From an uncultured Acidimicrobiia bacterium (GTDB taxonomy: Bacteria > Actinomycetota > Acidimicrobiia > Acidimicrobiales > AC-14): a stretch of 64,000 nt of DNA. The notes beneath the pieces were generated by a model. The model saw only the letters and a program-made list of their open reading frames with translations. It was not told the DNA's origin and did no database searches. The stretch covers positions 250,536-314,535 of the forward strand of contig CAWIIV010000007.1 of NCBI GenBank assembly GCA_963836205.1, given 5' to 3'. Every line of letters begins with the position of its first letter. The stretch's first letter is position 1. Positions 63,472-64,000 of this stretch are shown piece by piece. A program made the position numbers and the translations under genes.

Positions 63472-63915
63472 ATGGCCGAGGTGCTCGTCGTCAGCGACTC
63501 GACCAAGGTGCGCAACGAGGTCGTGAGCAGCATCTTCGACCCCACCACCACCGTGCGGGAGCTCACCCGGGGTAGCGAAGTGCGGGCCGCGGTCGACGAG
63601 AACACCCCCGATTTGGTGGTGCTCGACCAGCAGATCGGCAAGATGGGCGGCATGGCCACGTGCATGGACCTCCGCCTGGAGGAGAGCGGCGGGCGTCTGG
63701 ACCACGTGCCGGTGCTGCTGCTGCTCGACCGCCGGGCCGACGTGTTCCTGGCCCGCCGGGCCGGTGCCGACGGCTGGGTCGTCAAGCCCCTCGACTCGAT
63801 GCGCCTGGCCAAGGCGGTGCAGACGCTGCTCAACGGCGGCGTCTACCAGGACGAGGCCTACCGCCCGGTGACGGTGTCGCCGGTTCCCAGTCGAACAGCC
63901 GACGCCGTCGGGTAA
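63472..63915 (+). CDS. Single-domain response regulator receiver
   Basis: PDLVVLD, GGMATC, VPVLLL, GADGWVVKPL. Confidence 0.85.
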   Translation: MAEVLVVSDSTKVRNEVVSSIFDPTTTVRELTRGSEVRAAVDENTPDLVVLDQQIGKMGGMATCMDLRLEESGGRLDHVPVLLLLDRRADVFLARRAGADGWVVKPLDSMRLAKAVQTLLNGGVYQDEAYRPVTVSPVPSRTADAVG

Positions 63916-63927
63916 GGTTGCTGCGCA

Positions 63928-64000
63928 CGGGAAGTGGCGCAGCTTGGTAGCGCGCAGCGTTCGGGACGCTGAGGCCGCGGGTTCAAGTCCCGCCTTCCCG
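63928..64000 (+). tRNA. tRNA-Pro (CGG), 3' end cut by window edge
   Basis: CGGGAAG/CTTCCCG acceptor, TGGCGCAGCTTGGTAGCGC D-arm, TTCGGGA anticodon loop, GTTCAAG T-loop. Confidence 0.95.

Overview
A high-GC actinobacterial chromosomal segment, probably Acidimicrobiia-like, inferred from gene content: WhiB, GlnR, BldG, a class E sortase, an actinobacterial Tad locus, MbtH and an ArsA/Get3-like ATPase pair. In order: hppA with a DtxR-family regulator; a K+ cluster (two KimA-like APC permeases, a short KdpD-like kinase with KdpE, two TrkA proteins, two small OB-fold proteins); rsbW-bldG and a DUF1998 helicase; a sortase/LAxTG/Fn3 cluster; a Tad pilus locus; tRNA-Sec; a sigma-70 factor; nadE; glnE; a PadR / STAND NTPase / membrane receptor module; a nitrogen cluster (two glnA1 paralogs, glnA2, glnR) with MerR and toxin-antitoxin cargo; an orphan MbtH; an Fe-S module; a class A PBP; selAB; whiB; nfeD; the ArsA-like pair; tRNA-Pro. 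The strongest novelty candidate is a pair of paralogous single-pass membrane proteins that share a signal peptide plus two Ig-like domains but carry unrelated cytoplasmic modules. One has a helical domain and is translationally coupled to an effector-less STAND NTPase; the other has two apparently inactive PGRP/amidase-like domains. Several single-base frameshifts, including one in the normally essential nadE, suggest uncorrected assembly errors, so pseudogene calls are provisional. All family assignments come from motif recognition; no searches were run.
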